From IMG/VR virus record IMGVR_UViG_2718217647_000001: 64,000 bases of DNA; one strand, given 5' to 3'. A model generated the notes under the pieces. The model was not told where the DNA came from, made no database searches, and worked only from the letters and a program-made list of their open reading frames with translations. Made by a program: the position numbers and the translations under genes. Shown here in pieces: positions 18,326-27,002 of this stretch. The stretch comes from a virus. How positions within the stretch are numbered: position 1 is the first letter of the stretch; each line of letters begins with the position of its first letter.

Positions 18326-19339
18326 ATGGAAGCACCTGCTATTTATAGAACGCCCGAGCTTATCGCGGCCGAAATTAATAATATCAAACGCCAAACCCGG
18401 ACCATGCTTCTATATAACAGCATCGAGATAGGCCGGCGTCTTTACGAGGCCAAGAATTATATCCCCCATGGTGAATGGGGCAAGTGGCTCCAGGAGTCTG
18501 TGGAATATTCCCAAAGCACGGCCAATAATCTAATGCGGATCTTTGAGGAATATGGCGCCGACCAACTTAGCCTTTTTGACAACAATGCAAAATCCCAAGC
18601 GCTTGGGATTTTGAGCTACACGCAAGCAGTCGCCCTCTTGGGGATCCCCCAGGAGGAGCGGGAACAGTTCATCGAGGATCATGATGTCGATAATATGTCC
18701 TCGCGGGAGCTGCAGGCGGCGATTAAGGAGCGGGATAAAGCACTGAAAGAAAAACAAAAGCTGGAGAAGACGGTTGCAAACATCGGAGATACCGTCACTC
18801 AAATCTCCAAGGAGAGGGACAAGCTTCGCGATGAAGCGTCCCAGCTTCGATCTGATATGCGAGTGACCAACGATGTGCTGAAAGAGAAGCAGGATACTGT
18901 TAAGACGCTTGGGGATGTATTGAAAGCAGAGAGGGAGCAATCCAAGGCTGAGATGGAGAAATTATCAAAACTTTTAGATGAGGCAAGAAAGAACGGATCC
19001 TCGGATGAGAAGGTAAAACAGCTCGAGGAAGAGCTTAAGGTAGCTCAGAGGCAGATTGATGTCCTGAACGATGAACTGAAAAAACCGGTTGAGCTGGAGC
19101 CGGCCGTTGTGGAAAAGATTCCGGAAGAGGTTGAGAAAGAGCTGGAGGAGCTCCGGAAGAAAGCGGCCCAACAGAACCCGGCTGCAATCAAGTTTAAAGT
19201 GATCTTTGACGGGCTAGTGAAGAACTTTCAGGAACTACTGGCTACACTGGCTGAAATCGGGAAAGCGGATCCGGAGGCCCATGAGAAGTACAAGAACGCG
19301 GTGGCAGTGCTGATCGGAAAGATGGGGGAGCGGCTATGA
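18326..19339 (+). CDS. DUF3102-domain protein with C-terminal coiled coil
   Basis: IAAEINNIK, IEIGRRLYEAK...PHGEWGKWLQESVEYSQSTANNLMRIFEEYG motif. Confidence 0.88.
   Translation: MEAPAIYRTPELIAAEINNIKRQTRTMLLYNSIEIGRRLYEAKNYIPHGEWGKWLQESVEYSQSTANNLMRIFEEYGADQLSLFDNNAKSQALGILSYTQAVALLGIPQEEREQFIEDHDVDNMSSRELQAAIKERDKALKEKQKLEKTVANIGDTVTQISKERDKLRDEASQLRSDMRVTNDVLKEKQDTVKTLGDVLKAEREQSKAEMEKLSKLLDEARKNGSSDEKVKQLEEELKVAQRQIDVLNDELKKPVELEPAVVEKIPEEVEKELEELRKKAAQQNPAAIKFKVIFDGLVKNFQELLATLAEIGKADPEAHEKYKNAVAVLIGKMGERL
18588..18613. repeat. 26-bp perfect palindrome, copy A (inside the DUF3102 CDS)
   Basis: CAAAATCCCAAGCGCTTGGGATTTTG. Confidence 0.97.
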
Positions 19340-19845
19340 GCAAAATCATCGTTTCAGTAAATCCTATTCTAGATTATTCTGTTCGCGAATTGTGCAAGAA
19401 GCCATATTACAGTCATCCAAACGGATGCCCGAATTTTAATAAAAAACAAGGTTGCCCTCCACAAGTTAAATATTTTGATCAGATATTTGATATAACAAAA
19501 CCTATTTATGCGATATGCAATGTATTTAGTTTTTTAGAACATGTAAAAAGAATGAGGCGCCTCCATCCTGAATGGTCAGATCACCAATTAAAATGTTGCC
19601 TATACTGGCAGGGCACGGCTAGAAAACAGCTTAGAAGCCATGTGGCGGAATTTACAAAAGAGCATAATGGACATTTTGTTACATATTGCCCTGAGGGCAT
19701 GGGAGTTAATGTGACCGAAACATTGAAAAACGTTGGGATTTTTCTTGAGTGGCCACCCGTATATGTGTCTTATCAAGTGGCTCTAGCTGGTATTATGGTT
19801 CAGAAAGGCGGCAAATGCGATGGCAAGAACGTCAAGACAGGCTGA
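19336..19845 (+). CDS. Cys-rich putative metal-binding protein (DUF2284-like)
   Basis: LCKK...GCPNF...GCPP, CCLYWQG, CPEGMGVNV. Confidence 0.55.
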   Translation: MSKIIVSVNPILDYSVRELCKKPYYSHPNGCPNFNKKQGCPPQVKYFDQIFDITKPIYAICNVFSFLEHVKRMRRLHPEWSDHQLKCCLYWQGTARKQLRSHVAEFTKEHNGHFVTYCPEGMGVNVTETLKNVGIFLEWPPVYVSYQVALAGIMVQKGGKCDGKNVKTG

Positions 19846-20389
19846 AGCGGCTGCACCTAAAAGGCAATATGCTCTTCCGGATGTCTATGAGAGAAAATTA
19901 CCCCGGGTAATGGGCAGATTGAAAGCGGCGGAGGACTTCGACTTCAACTGGGGGCGCTTTGATGCCTGGATTCAATTCCGGTATCAAGAGAACTTTTACC
20001 GGTTTGAGTATTCCATTCAAAAGAGTAAGGAACGGAATAAAGAAAACCCGATTGTCAAAGAACTCCATTATGGATCGGATTGTTTTGCGGTATTAGTGCT
20101 CCAACTAGAGGCCCTGGCCGGCATGGTGGAAAAAGGAATCTATGACCTGTCAGTTTGGGTGTCGGGTATGAAATACCTGCCGCCAGCAGTTGAGATCCCT
20201 AGTTTCTTTCGTGCTCTCGGGTTTGACCGGATCCCGGAGAGCTGCGAAAAAGTTAATATCCAGTACAAGCAGAAGGCCAAGATGTTGCACCCGGATGCCG
20301 GTGGAGATACGGCAGACTTTGAAATACTTACCCGGGCGAAAGAGCAATGTCTGCAATATTTGGGGAAAGGGGAGCGGAGTCATGGGTAA
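19820..20389 (+). CDS. J-domain-containing protein
   Basis: YKQKAKMLHPDAGG HPD motif near the C-terminus. Confidence 0.8.
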   Translation: MARTSRQAEAAAPKRQYALPDVYERKLPRVMGRLKAAEDFDFNWGRFDAWIQFRYQENFYRFEYSIQKSKERNKENPIVKELHYGSDCFAVLVLQLEALAGMVEKGIYDLSVWVSGMKYLPPAVEIPSFFRALGFDRIPESCEKVNIQYKQKAKMLHPDAGGDTADFEILTRAKEQCLQYLGKGERSHG

Positions 20390-20516
20390 ATGGATTGGAA
20401 TCGGCCTACTGATCGCCTATGCTTTGTTCTTTATGGTTACTACTTACTATTTTGCAGATCAGGCACTCCGGTATAAGAAGGAGAATGAGAGGCTAAAAAA
20501 ATTATGCAGCCGGTGA
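20382..20516 (+). CDS. Small membrane protein
   Basis: ATG 20382 behind GGAG; single TM helix. Confidence 0.55.
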   Translation: MGKWIGIGLLIAYALFFMVTTYYFADQALRYKKENERLKKLCSR

Positions 20517-21040
20517 GAGCGAAGCCTAAGAATCGGAAATATGCCAATAAGGGAGCCATTTTCGAGCGAGAAATAAGGATGTCCAATGCGGGTTATGAAA
20601 CCCGGGGCATCGCCCTGGTCCAGAAAATCAGCACTCCCTGGAATGTGGTCCGAGACGGTCCAAGGATCGTCTCGGCCTTCCCGGAGGAAAAGTCAACCCT
20701 GGATTTCAGGGGTACGGTCCGGGGCGGTACGTCAATTAGTTTTGATTGTAAGGAGTCGGAGGATGAACGAGGCCTCCCCTTGAAACACATCGAGCCTCAC
20801 CAAATAGACTACATCCGGAAAGCCCTCCAGGTCGGAGAGATCAGTTTCATTCTCTGCTACATGAAACTATTGGACAAGCGGTACTTCATCCCGGGAGCAA
20901 CGGTCCTAGAGCGCTGGGATGCTTGGCAACAGAATAAGGGGAAGCGGGGGTTCAATTACATCGATGTGGCGGATATGATTGAGGTCCGGTCCCGGAATGG
21001 AATAGTGTTGGATTATCTGGCTGGGCTGGAGGTTGGATGA
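20504..21040 (+). CDS. recU: RecU Holliday junction resolvase
   Basis: ANKGAIFE, QKISTP, STLDF, FDCKES motifs. Confidence 0.9.
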   Translation: MQPVRAKPKNRKYANKGAIFEREIRMSNAGYETRGIALVQKISTPWNVVRDGPRIVSAFPEEKSTLDFRGTVRGGTSISFDCKESEDERGLPLKHIEPHQIDYIRKALQVGEISFILCYMKLLDKRYFIPGATVLERWDAWQQNKGKRGFNYIDVADMIEVRSRNGIVLDYLAGLEVG

Positions 21041-21393
21041 TGAATAGAAAAGGCCAAGCAAATTATGAAACATTTCCTTATCTGACAGACGAAAATGGAA
21101 ACAACCTTTGCCGTACATGCAGAAAGCCTCTCAATTCAAAAAGGAAGACATTTTGCAATCAGCGATGTATACGAGATTTTTTTATGAAAACAGACTGGAA
21201 GAGAGTCCAAAAAGTGATTTATGCCCGCGATGGCGGGATATGCATGAAATGCGGGAAGGAAGTCAGTAAAGATAACTTCCATGTTGATCATATTGTTCCA
21301 GTCTCAAAAGGTGGAGATGAATGGGATTTAGAGAATTTGGAGCTTTCTTGCCCAGAATGTAATTTAAAGAAAGGTGCTAAGGAGGATTGTTAG
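21037..21393 (+). CDS. HNH endonuclease
   Basis: RDGGICMKC, HVDHIVPVSKGG, SCPECNLKK. Confidence 0.9.
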   Translation: MMNRKGQANYETFPYLTDENGNNLCRTCRKPLNSKRKTFCNQRCIRDFFMKTDWKRVQKVIYARDGGICMKCGKEVSKDNFHVDHIVPVSKGGDEWDLENLELSCPECNLKKGAKEDC

Positions 21394-21681
21394 GTGATGA
21401 TGAAGCAACTGCTTAAAGCTAAAGACGACATACGCTTGGATGATTTCCTGAAAATAAAACTCAGCTCACTGGTACGGGTGCCCGTTATTGTAATTTATAA
21501 GAACCAGAAAGATTATCCAGACAAATATGTGGCCAGACTCTGGGATATAAAAAATAAGCCCACTCACTACGCAGTGGTCAAGGACACTCTGGAAGAAGTG
21601 AGAGAGGCCATACCTTCTGGTATGTGCCGGATGGGGCCATCATCAAAAGATGATCCCGTGATTGTGGAAACCTGGGCATAA
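21394..21681 (+). CDS. Hypothetical protein
   Basis: DYPDKYVARLW...DDPVIVETW. Confidence 0.7.
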   Translation: MMMKQLLKAKDDIRLDDFLKIKLSSLVRVPVIVIYKNQKDYPDKYVARLWDIKNKPTHYAVVKDTLEEVREAIPSGMCRMGPSSKDDPVIVETWA

Positions 21682-21695
21682 GGGGGGAGTGTCAG

Positions 21696-21848
21696 ATGAC
21701 AAAAAAGATGCAATCGGTAATCATCTCTGAGCTGGACCGGCGGGGAATCAGATACGGGATCGATTCCACCGGCGCCCTTTTCTTCGAGGACGAGGATGAC
21801 CGGGAGAGAGGGATGAAGATTATTGCCGGCATTATGGGGAGGCGGTAA
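21696..21848 (+). CDS. Hypothetical microprotein (50 aa; not in ORF track)
   Basis: SD GGGGAG; fills the gap between flanking ORFs. Confidence 0.55.
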   Translation: MTKKMQSVIISELDRRGIRYGIDSTGALFFEDEDDRERGMKIIAGIMGRR

Positions 21849-21850
21849 CT

Positions 21851-22240
21851 GTGGAGAAGATAGTGGAGGCCCGGGGCGAATATGTTACGATCGGGGATCT
21901 AGCACTGCAGCTGGGGACAAGCCGGAAGAGGATCGGGCAAATAGTAAGGGCCAATAAAATTGAGATTGCCAAAAAAAGAGTTCAGGCACCAAAAGGGGAA
22001 TTCTACTATGCAAAAGCGGTTTCAGATACCTCTGTGATACAGATCCAGGAACTGCTTCAAAAATTTAATCCTCCGAAAGACAAAAGGCAAAAGAAAGGGA
22101 AAATAGAAGAGGTTCCCGCTGATGTCTCTTATGGAGAAGGAATAATTATCAGCCAGGATTTTAAAACTGGCCAAACCTGGGGGCAGGGGATCCGGGCTTG
22201 GTGGGAAAGAGAACGGGTGGAGAGGTTGATGATAGTCTAA
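21851..22240 (+). CDS. Hypothetical HTH-like protein
   Basis: VTIGDLALQLGTSRKRIGQIVR. Confidence 0.6.
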   Translation: MEKIVEARGEYVTIGDLALQLGTSRKRIGQIVRANKIEIAKKRVQAPKGEFYYAKAVSDTSVIQIQELLQKFNPPKDKRQKKGKIEEVPADVSYGEGIIISQDFKTGQTWGQGIRAWWERERVERLMIV

Positions 22241-22272
22241 AAGAGGATAACCAAGGGGAGGTGGGTCTCAAG

Positions 22273-22806
22273 ATGGGGAAATCAAGCGTAAAGGTTCAAG
22301 AGATAGCAAAAGCTGCTGCACGGGAAGCCTTAAAACTTCAGAGGGATGAGGAGCGGCAGAGAATCCGGAAGAATCGTTTTCACAATACAGAATTACTTTT
22401 AAAGAATTATATGAGCCTAATGGACCATTATGAGAACGCCCAAGATAAGGCATCAGAGGAATTATTGGAATCGCTGGGATGCGATGATATGGATCCGGAT
22501 GATGTGATAATCCAATCCATTAAGCGTAGCCGGGTCCGCACTCGAATCATGATCAACCATATTGAGACTTACATGGAGGTCTTAAGATTCCGATTGAAAA
22601 GTAGAAGCCAAGAAGAAAAGTATGAAGTAATATACCGGTTGTATTTAGACCGAGCAAGGAGAGACATCTCATGGGGAGAGAAGGTACAAATTATTGCAGA
22701 GGAACTACACTGCAGTACAGACTCGGTAAGGCGATGGAAAAATGAAATGGTAGACGAATTGAGCATACTTTTATTTGGTATAGATGGCTTAAAGCTAGAG
22801 ATGTAG
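22273..22806 (+). CDS. Late transcriptional activator (ArpU/RinA-like)
   Basis: NTELLLKNY N-terminus; C-terminal HTH IAEELHCSTDSVRRWKNEMVDELSILLFG; last gene of the early operon. Confidence 0.75.
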   Translation: MGKSSVKVQEIAKAAAREALKLQRDEERQRIRKNRFHNTELLLKNYMSLMDHYENAQDKASEELLESLGCDDMDPDDVIIQSIKRSRVRTRIMINHIETYMEVLRFRLKSRSQEEKYEVIYRLYLDRARRDISWGEKVQIIAEELHCSTDSVRRWKNEMVDELSILLFGIDGLKLEM

Positions 22807-22820
22807 CGGGTTTTCAGGTT

Positions 22821-22876
22821 TGCAAAAATCTTGCAAAAAAGCTGCAATTTACATGCAAAATCGTCCATGGTAAAAT
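22821..22876 (+). promoter_or_regulatory. Late promoter with four phased TGCAA repeats
   Basis: TGCAA at 22821, 22832, 22843, 22854 (11-bp period); TTTACA(22848)-17-TAAAAT(22871) with TG extension. Confidence 0.7.
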
Positions 22877-23096
22877 TGTATCGTAAAATGTTGTCAGGAA
22901 AAATAATAAAAGAAGGGGGAGTTGCAGCCGCAGGTGTGCTCCCCCGCGTGATGAAAAAACCGCACGGTGACCCCGGAGCGGTTTTTATGTCTCCAAAAAA
23001 CCAGCTAAAAATCGGCTAAAAATCGACTAAAATACTTGAACCAATAGGAATTCACTTCTCATTACCGAACCATTCTTGTGAAAGGAAGTGAATTTT

Positions 23097-23279
23097 ATGG
23101 AAAAGAAGTCTGGAATTGTTGGTTGGGACTGCTGGGTTGATTTTATTGATCCCAATACAAATGCAGAAAAAGGAAAAGTTTTGAGGGTTGAAGAACATGG
23201 GATTATTATCTTTGATAGGTATAATCATCGTCAATTTATTCCATGGTGCCAAATAAAAGGCATTGTTGAGCGGACATAA
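23097..23279 (+). CDS. Small hypothetical protein
   Basis: SD AAGGAAG; preceded by AGGA-N17-GAAC. Confidence 0.65.
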   Translation: MEKKSGIVGWDCWVDFIDPNTNAEKGKVLRVEEHGIIIFDRYNHRQFIPWCQIKGIVERT

Positions 23280-23299
23280 CGTAAAAATTTAAACTATTT

Positions 23300-23324
23300 A
23301 GAGCCTCTGGGCTCTTTTCTTTTT
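23300..23324 (+). terminator. Intrinsic terminator
   Basis: AGAGCC-TCTG-GGCTCT followed by T-tract. Confidence 0.65.
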
Positions 23325-23345
23325 GCCAGAAAAGGAAGTGAGGCC

Positions 23346-23573
23346 ATGTGCACAGATTTAATTCTATATGAGGTAACGGTTTTGAAAGCTCATAACAGCA
23401 CCCGGGGCATCAAGAAAGCGCCAGGTGAGAAGTATTACTGTCTTGGAACAAACCCCGTTGAGGTAAAAGATTTGGTGGAGATCCATGACCGAATTCCCGG
23501 TATAAAGTTTGTCCTAAGTGTAAGGCCGGTGAGTCCGGAGGAGTATTTTGATCATAGTAAATTAATATCATAG
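23346..23573 (+). CDS. Small hypothetical protein
   Basis: ORF track; SD GAGG. Confidence 0.55.
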   Translation: MCTDLILYEVTVLKAHNSTRGIKKAPGEKYYCLGTNPVEVKDLVEIHDRIPGIKFVLSVRPVSPEEYFDHSKLIS

Positions 23574-23625
23574 AAGGAAATTCTCTCCTTTTGACGAAAT
23601 GTGAAAGCTTAAAGGAGGCGTTAAT

Positions 23626-24111
23626 TTGGAAGTAATTTGGGAAATATTAAAGAATACCATAATACCGGCTATTTTTGGCGTAATGGGATATGTTTTTAAA
23701 CAAAAATATGATGAAGGATCAAAGATAAAGACAAGCGCTAGGTTATTAATATACGATATTAATCGAACGACGGAAATACTCAGATCTTTTTTGGATGGGG
23801 ATGACCATTCGATTCCACTAGTTTCATTAACAGCTATTAATGATTGGAAGCAGTACTTTTGTGTAGTGAATACAAAGTTAGCAACGGAAACCGCAAAAAG
23901 TGTCTTTGAGTTTTATTCAAGGATTGAAAATTTGATATACATTCAAAAAGATGCTATTGGCATAATGGAACAAATTAATCCTCATTATCCAAATGATTAT
24001 CTAAGACGTAGAATAATGGCACTAACCAAAGTTTTTGAAGAATATACCAAGGTAGTTCTAGAAACGCCGAGATTAGCTGATTCATTAAACAATTTAGATA
24101 GACTAACATAG
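23626..24111 (+). CDS. AT-rich moron with N-terminal TM helix
   Basis: SD AAGGAGG; own promoter motif at 23575-23599. Confidence 0.7.
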   Translation: MEVIWEILKNTIIPAIFGVMGYVFKQKYDEGSKIKTSARLLIYDINRTTEILRSFLDGDDHSIPLVSLTAINDWKQYFCVVNTKLATETAKSVFEFYSRIENLIYIQKDAIGIMEQINPHYPNDYLRRRIMALTKVFEEYTKVVLETPRLADSLNNLDRLT

Positions 24112-24478
24112 TAGGAACGAATATTACTTCAACTGGAGAAGGAACATTTGTTTTTTTACGAGGTACTAAGGTGACGCCAAGAGATATTGAGTATGTCGAA
24201 GAAAAGTTGATGATTGATAAAACATTAACCGGCCAACAAAAGGTAATGGGATTAATTGGAAATTAGCTGAGCGGAGTTGGATCAATTAAACGATATTGCT
24301 ACAAAAACGTTGGCAAAACAGCAAAAAATTAGAGGGAGTCTTCGGGCTCTTTTTCTTCTGAAAGGCTAGATTCTGACGACTTGCTTATAGTAAAGTGGTG
24401 TAGTAGATAACAGAAAATTATATTAAAGAAGGAGATATCTTTCTTGTGGTCGAAGTTTAAACCTTGAGGTGAGGAGGA

Positions 24479-25057
24479 ATGTTCTCAGAAGATCCTATAA
24501 ATATATGGTCCTATGTTTATTTCATTCAAGCAGGCTATGAGGGACCAATCAAAATTGGTTCATCAAACAATGTAGAGAAAAGGTTAAATAGTTTACAAAC
24601 TAGTTGCCCTGATAAACTAATGGTTTTACACTTTACCACAGGTGGGCGAGCACTGGAAAAATATCTCCATAAAAAATTTGAAAAGCATGTTAAACACGGA
24701 GAATGGTTTTCTCCTGACCAAGAGATACTAGATTATATTGTTGAAATAAAGCATGAAGATGAGTTTTATGGCCGACCACTCTCCATCGTTGAATTTGCTT
24801 TGAATAATGGTTTTGAACTAAGTAAAGATGATTGGGAAGTTGCAGTATTACTAACTAGAGGTGGTATGATAAGCAGTTATAATAATGATCATATAAATTA
24901 CAAACTAAAATTTTGGAAACTCTTAGATGCTTATTGGGAATATTTAAAACATATCCCGTCGAAGTTATATCACAAAAGAGAAATCACATGCTTGATTAAT
25001 GAAGGGTATGGGATCGAGGATAAAGAAATAAAACGAAAGCTATGTATTCCTTTTTAA
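24479..25057 (+). CDS. GIY-YIG nuclease (T5orf172/MUG113-like) moron
   Basis: YVYFIQ...IKIGSSNNVEKRLNSLQTS...LEKYLHKKF...GEWF. Confidence 0.85.
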   Translation: MFSEDPINIWSYVYFIQAGYEGPIKIGSSNNVEKRLNSLQTSCPDKLMVLHFTTGGRALEKYLHKKFEKHVKHGEWFSPDQEILDYIVEIKHEDEFYGRPLSIVEFALNNGFELSKDDWEVAVLLTRGGMISSYNNDHINYKLKFWKLLDAYWEYLKHIPSKLYHKREITCLINEGYGIEDKEIKRKLCIPF

Positions 25058-25063
25058 CTTGTT

Positions 25064-25095
25064 AACACCTTAGTGATAAGGTGTTTATTTATTTC
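25064..25095 (+). terminator. Intrinsic terminator
   Basis: AACACCTTA-GTGA-TAAGGTGTT followed by T-rich tail. Confidence 0.7.
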
Positions 25096-25143
25096 AACCC
25101 TTATCAAAACAAACTTAATACCCTGGGGGGTGGGTGATATGTA

Positions 25144-25523
25144 GTGGCACGTGAGCGAAATCCCAATAGAGAAAAGGCCAAAGAACTATGGACAGAACAC
25201 CACGGAAATATTACAAACCGTAAAATTGCCGAACTTCTCGGGGAAAATGAAAAGGTAGTGGCCGTCTGGAAGCAGCGGGACAAATGGAATGTTGTACAAC
25301 AAAAAAAAGAATGTTGTACAACAAAGAAACGCGGAGCCCCAAAAGGGAATAAAAATGCCAAGGATAACAAGGGCGGTGCTGCACCGGAGAAAAATAAGAA
25401 CGCTGAAAAGCATGGTTTCTTCTCTAAGATCTTTCCTGACGATCCGGAGACGATGGATATCATTAATTCCATTGAGTTTAAAAGCCCTATTGATATTCTC
25501 TGGGAGAACATAGTTATACAATA
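25144..25523 (+). pseudogene. terS: Terminase small subunit, truncated by IS3 copy 2
   Basis: HTH IAELLGENEKVVAVWKQRDKW; GAPKGNKNA and KNKNAEKHGFFSK motifs; frame runs into the IS end. Confidence 0.88.
25288..25325. repeat. Two 12-bp palindromes TGTTGTACAACA in direct repeat within terS
   Basis: AATGTTGTACAACAAA at 25288 and 25310 (22-bp period). Confidence 0.9.
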
Positions 25524-25829
25524 TATGGTGGACTACTTTGTCAAGACAATTTTTTGACCCTGTTTAAGGTGTATTCACACCACCTTTCGCTCCTTGATAA
25601 TTGTATATAATTGTAAGTTTATTTAAAAACGTATTGGTAATTCCGTTAATTATTTCCACTGGATTAGATATTATGTCAAGGGTCGGCTTTGCCGACAGCG
25701 AAGCTGCTTGCCCTTGACATGTTGATCAGCAAGACCCTTTTGTTTCCGGTCTGTTCATAACAGACCGGTTGCCTCCCGGCGAGGGCGGGGTGGTTTGGAG
25801 GGGCAGAGCCCTTCCAGGGTTTTAAGAAG

Positions 25830-26714
25830 TCATTTTTTAAAGTAAACTTCTGCCGGAGTAAGTTCCTTCAATGCTTGGTGTGGCCGGTATGTGTTGTAGC
25901 TTTCAAGATATCTTCCAATACCATACCTGGCTTCTCTAGGGCTTGCATAATCATTAATATATATTTCTTGGTACTTAACAGATCTCCATAATCGTTCTGT
26001 GAAAATGTTATCTAATGCCCGGCCTCTTCCGTCCATGCTAATTTGGATGCTACTATTTATCAGCGTATCTATATATCGTCTGGATGTAAATTGGCTACCC
26101 TGATCGCTATTGGCAATTACAGGTTTTCCGATTTTTAGACCTGCTTCCAATGCGGAAAGAACAAAATCAACTTCAAGGTTATCACTTAATTCCCATGAAA
26201 CCACGTAACGTGAATACCAGTCCAGAAATGCTACAAGGTAAAGCCAGCCGCGTCGTAAGCGGACATAGGTAATATCAGTTCCCCAAATATGGTTTGGATA
26301 ACTGGCGGTAATATTTCTAAGTAGGTATGGATAAACCTTATGTTCATGGTTTCTTTTGCTGAGGTTAGGACCAGGATGTATTGCAACCAAGCCCATTTCA
26401 CGCATATATTTTTGAACCGTTGACCGACTAACCAAGTGTCCCTCTCGTTTTAAGACCGTCGTAATACTTCTCGAACCGAAATAGGGTGATTTAGTATAAA
26501 TTTCGTCAATGGCATGCTTAAGCCGAATTTCCTCTTCTGATGGTGGAACTGGTTTATAGTAAAGACTGCTCCGATTGAGAGAAAGCATTTGAGCTTGCAC
26601 AAAAACGGACATTTCGGGATCGTCAAAATCTACAAGGGCAATCCGTTCACTTCTTGGCAGGGTCGATCCCAGATTTTTTTTTAAGCCAATTGAATTGGGC
26701 GGTGACCTCTCCAA
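25830..26714 (-). CDS. IS3 transposase OrfB
   Basis: Identical protein to 349-1233. Confidence 0.95.
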   Translation of the reverse strand: MERSPPNSIGLKKNLGSTLPRSERIALVDFDDPEMSVFVQAQMLSLNRSSLYYKPVPPSEEEIRLKHAIDEIYTKSPYFGSRSITTVLKREGHLVSRSTVQKYMREMGLVAIHPGPNLSKRNHEHKVYPYLLRNITASYPNHIWGTDITYVRLRRGWLYLVAFLDWYSRYVVSWELSDNLEVDFVLSALEAGLKIGKPVIANSDQGSQFTSRRYIDTLINSSIQISMDGRGRALDNIFTERLWRSVKYQEIYINDYASPREARYGIGRYLESYNTYRPHQALKELTPAEVYFKK

Positions 26715-26943
26715 GCTGGGTATACAGATCTTGCACTTGCTTTTTTAGATCTTCTTTTTCGTCATCCTTCCTGCGTCCATCTGCAAGTATCTGAGGGAGC
26801 CCTTCAATTGCTTCTTTCTTCCAACTAGACAGCTGATTTGGATGTACTTCATATTCGGCAGCAAGCTGGGATATGGATTTTTCTTCCTTTAGAATTTCCA
26901 GTACAACCTTGGCTTTAAATTCTCCTGTAAATGTTTTTCGCAT
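26647..26943 (-). CDS. IS3 transposase OrfA
   Basis: Identical protein to 120-416. Confidence 0.95.
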   Translation of the reverse strand: MRKTFTGEFKAKVVLEILKEEKSISQLAAEYEVHPNQLSSWKKEAIEGLPQILADGRRKDDEKEDLKKQVQDLYTQLGEVTAQFNWLKKKSGIDPAKK

Positions 26944-27002
26944 ACCTCATTATACACTTTAAATCAGGCTGTTTTGTTGTCTAGTTTTCTTAGTCCATTA
27001 TA

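Larger units (their letters stand above)
25524..27002 (-). mobile_element. IS3-family element, copy 2, without TSD
   Basis: Same ends, length and ORFs as copy 1; flanks ATA / AAG do not match. Confidence 0.97.

Noticed and set aside
24141-24154. GGAACATTTGTTTT, second SOS-like box
   Set aside because: Several mismatches to consensus and no clear intact gene directly downstream; the region looks like a degenerate remnant.
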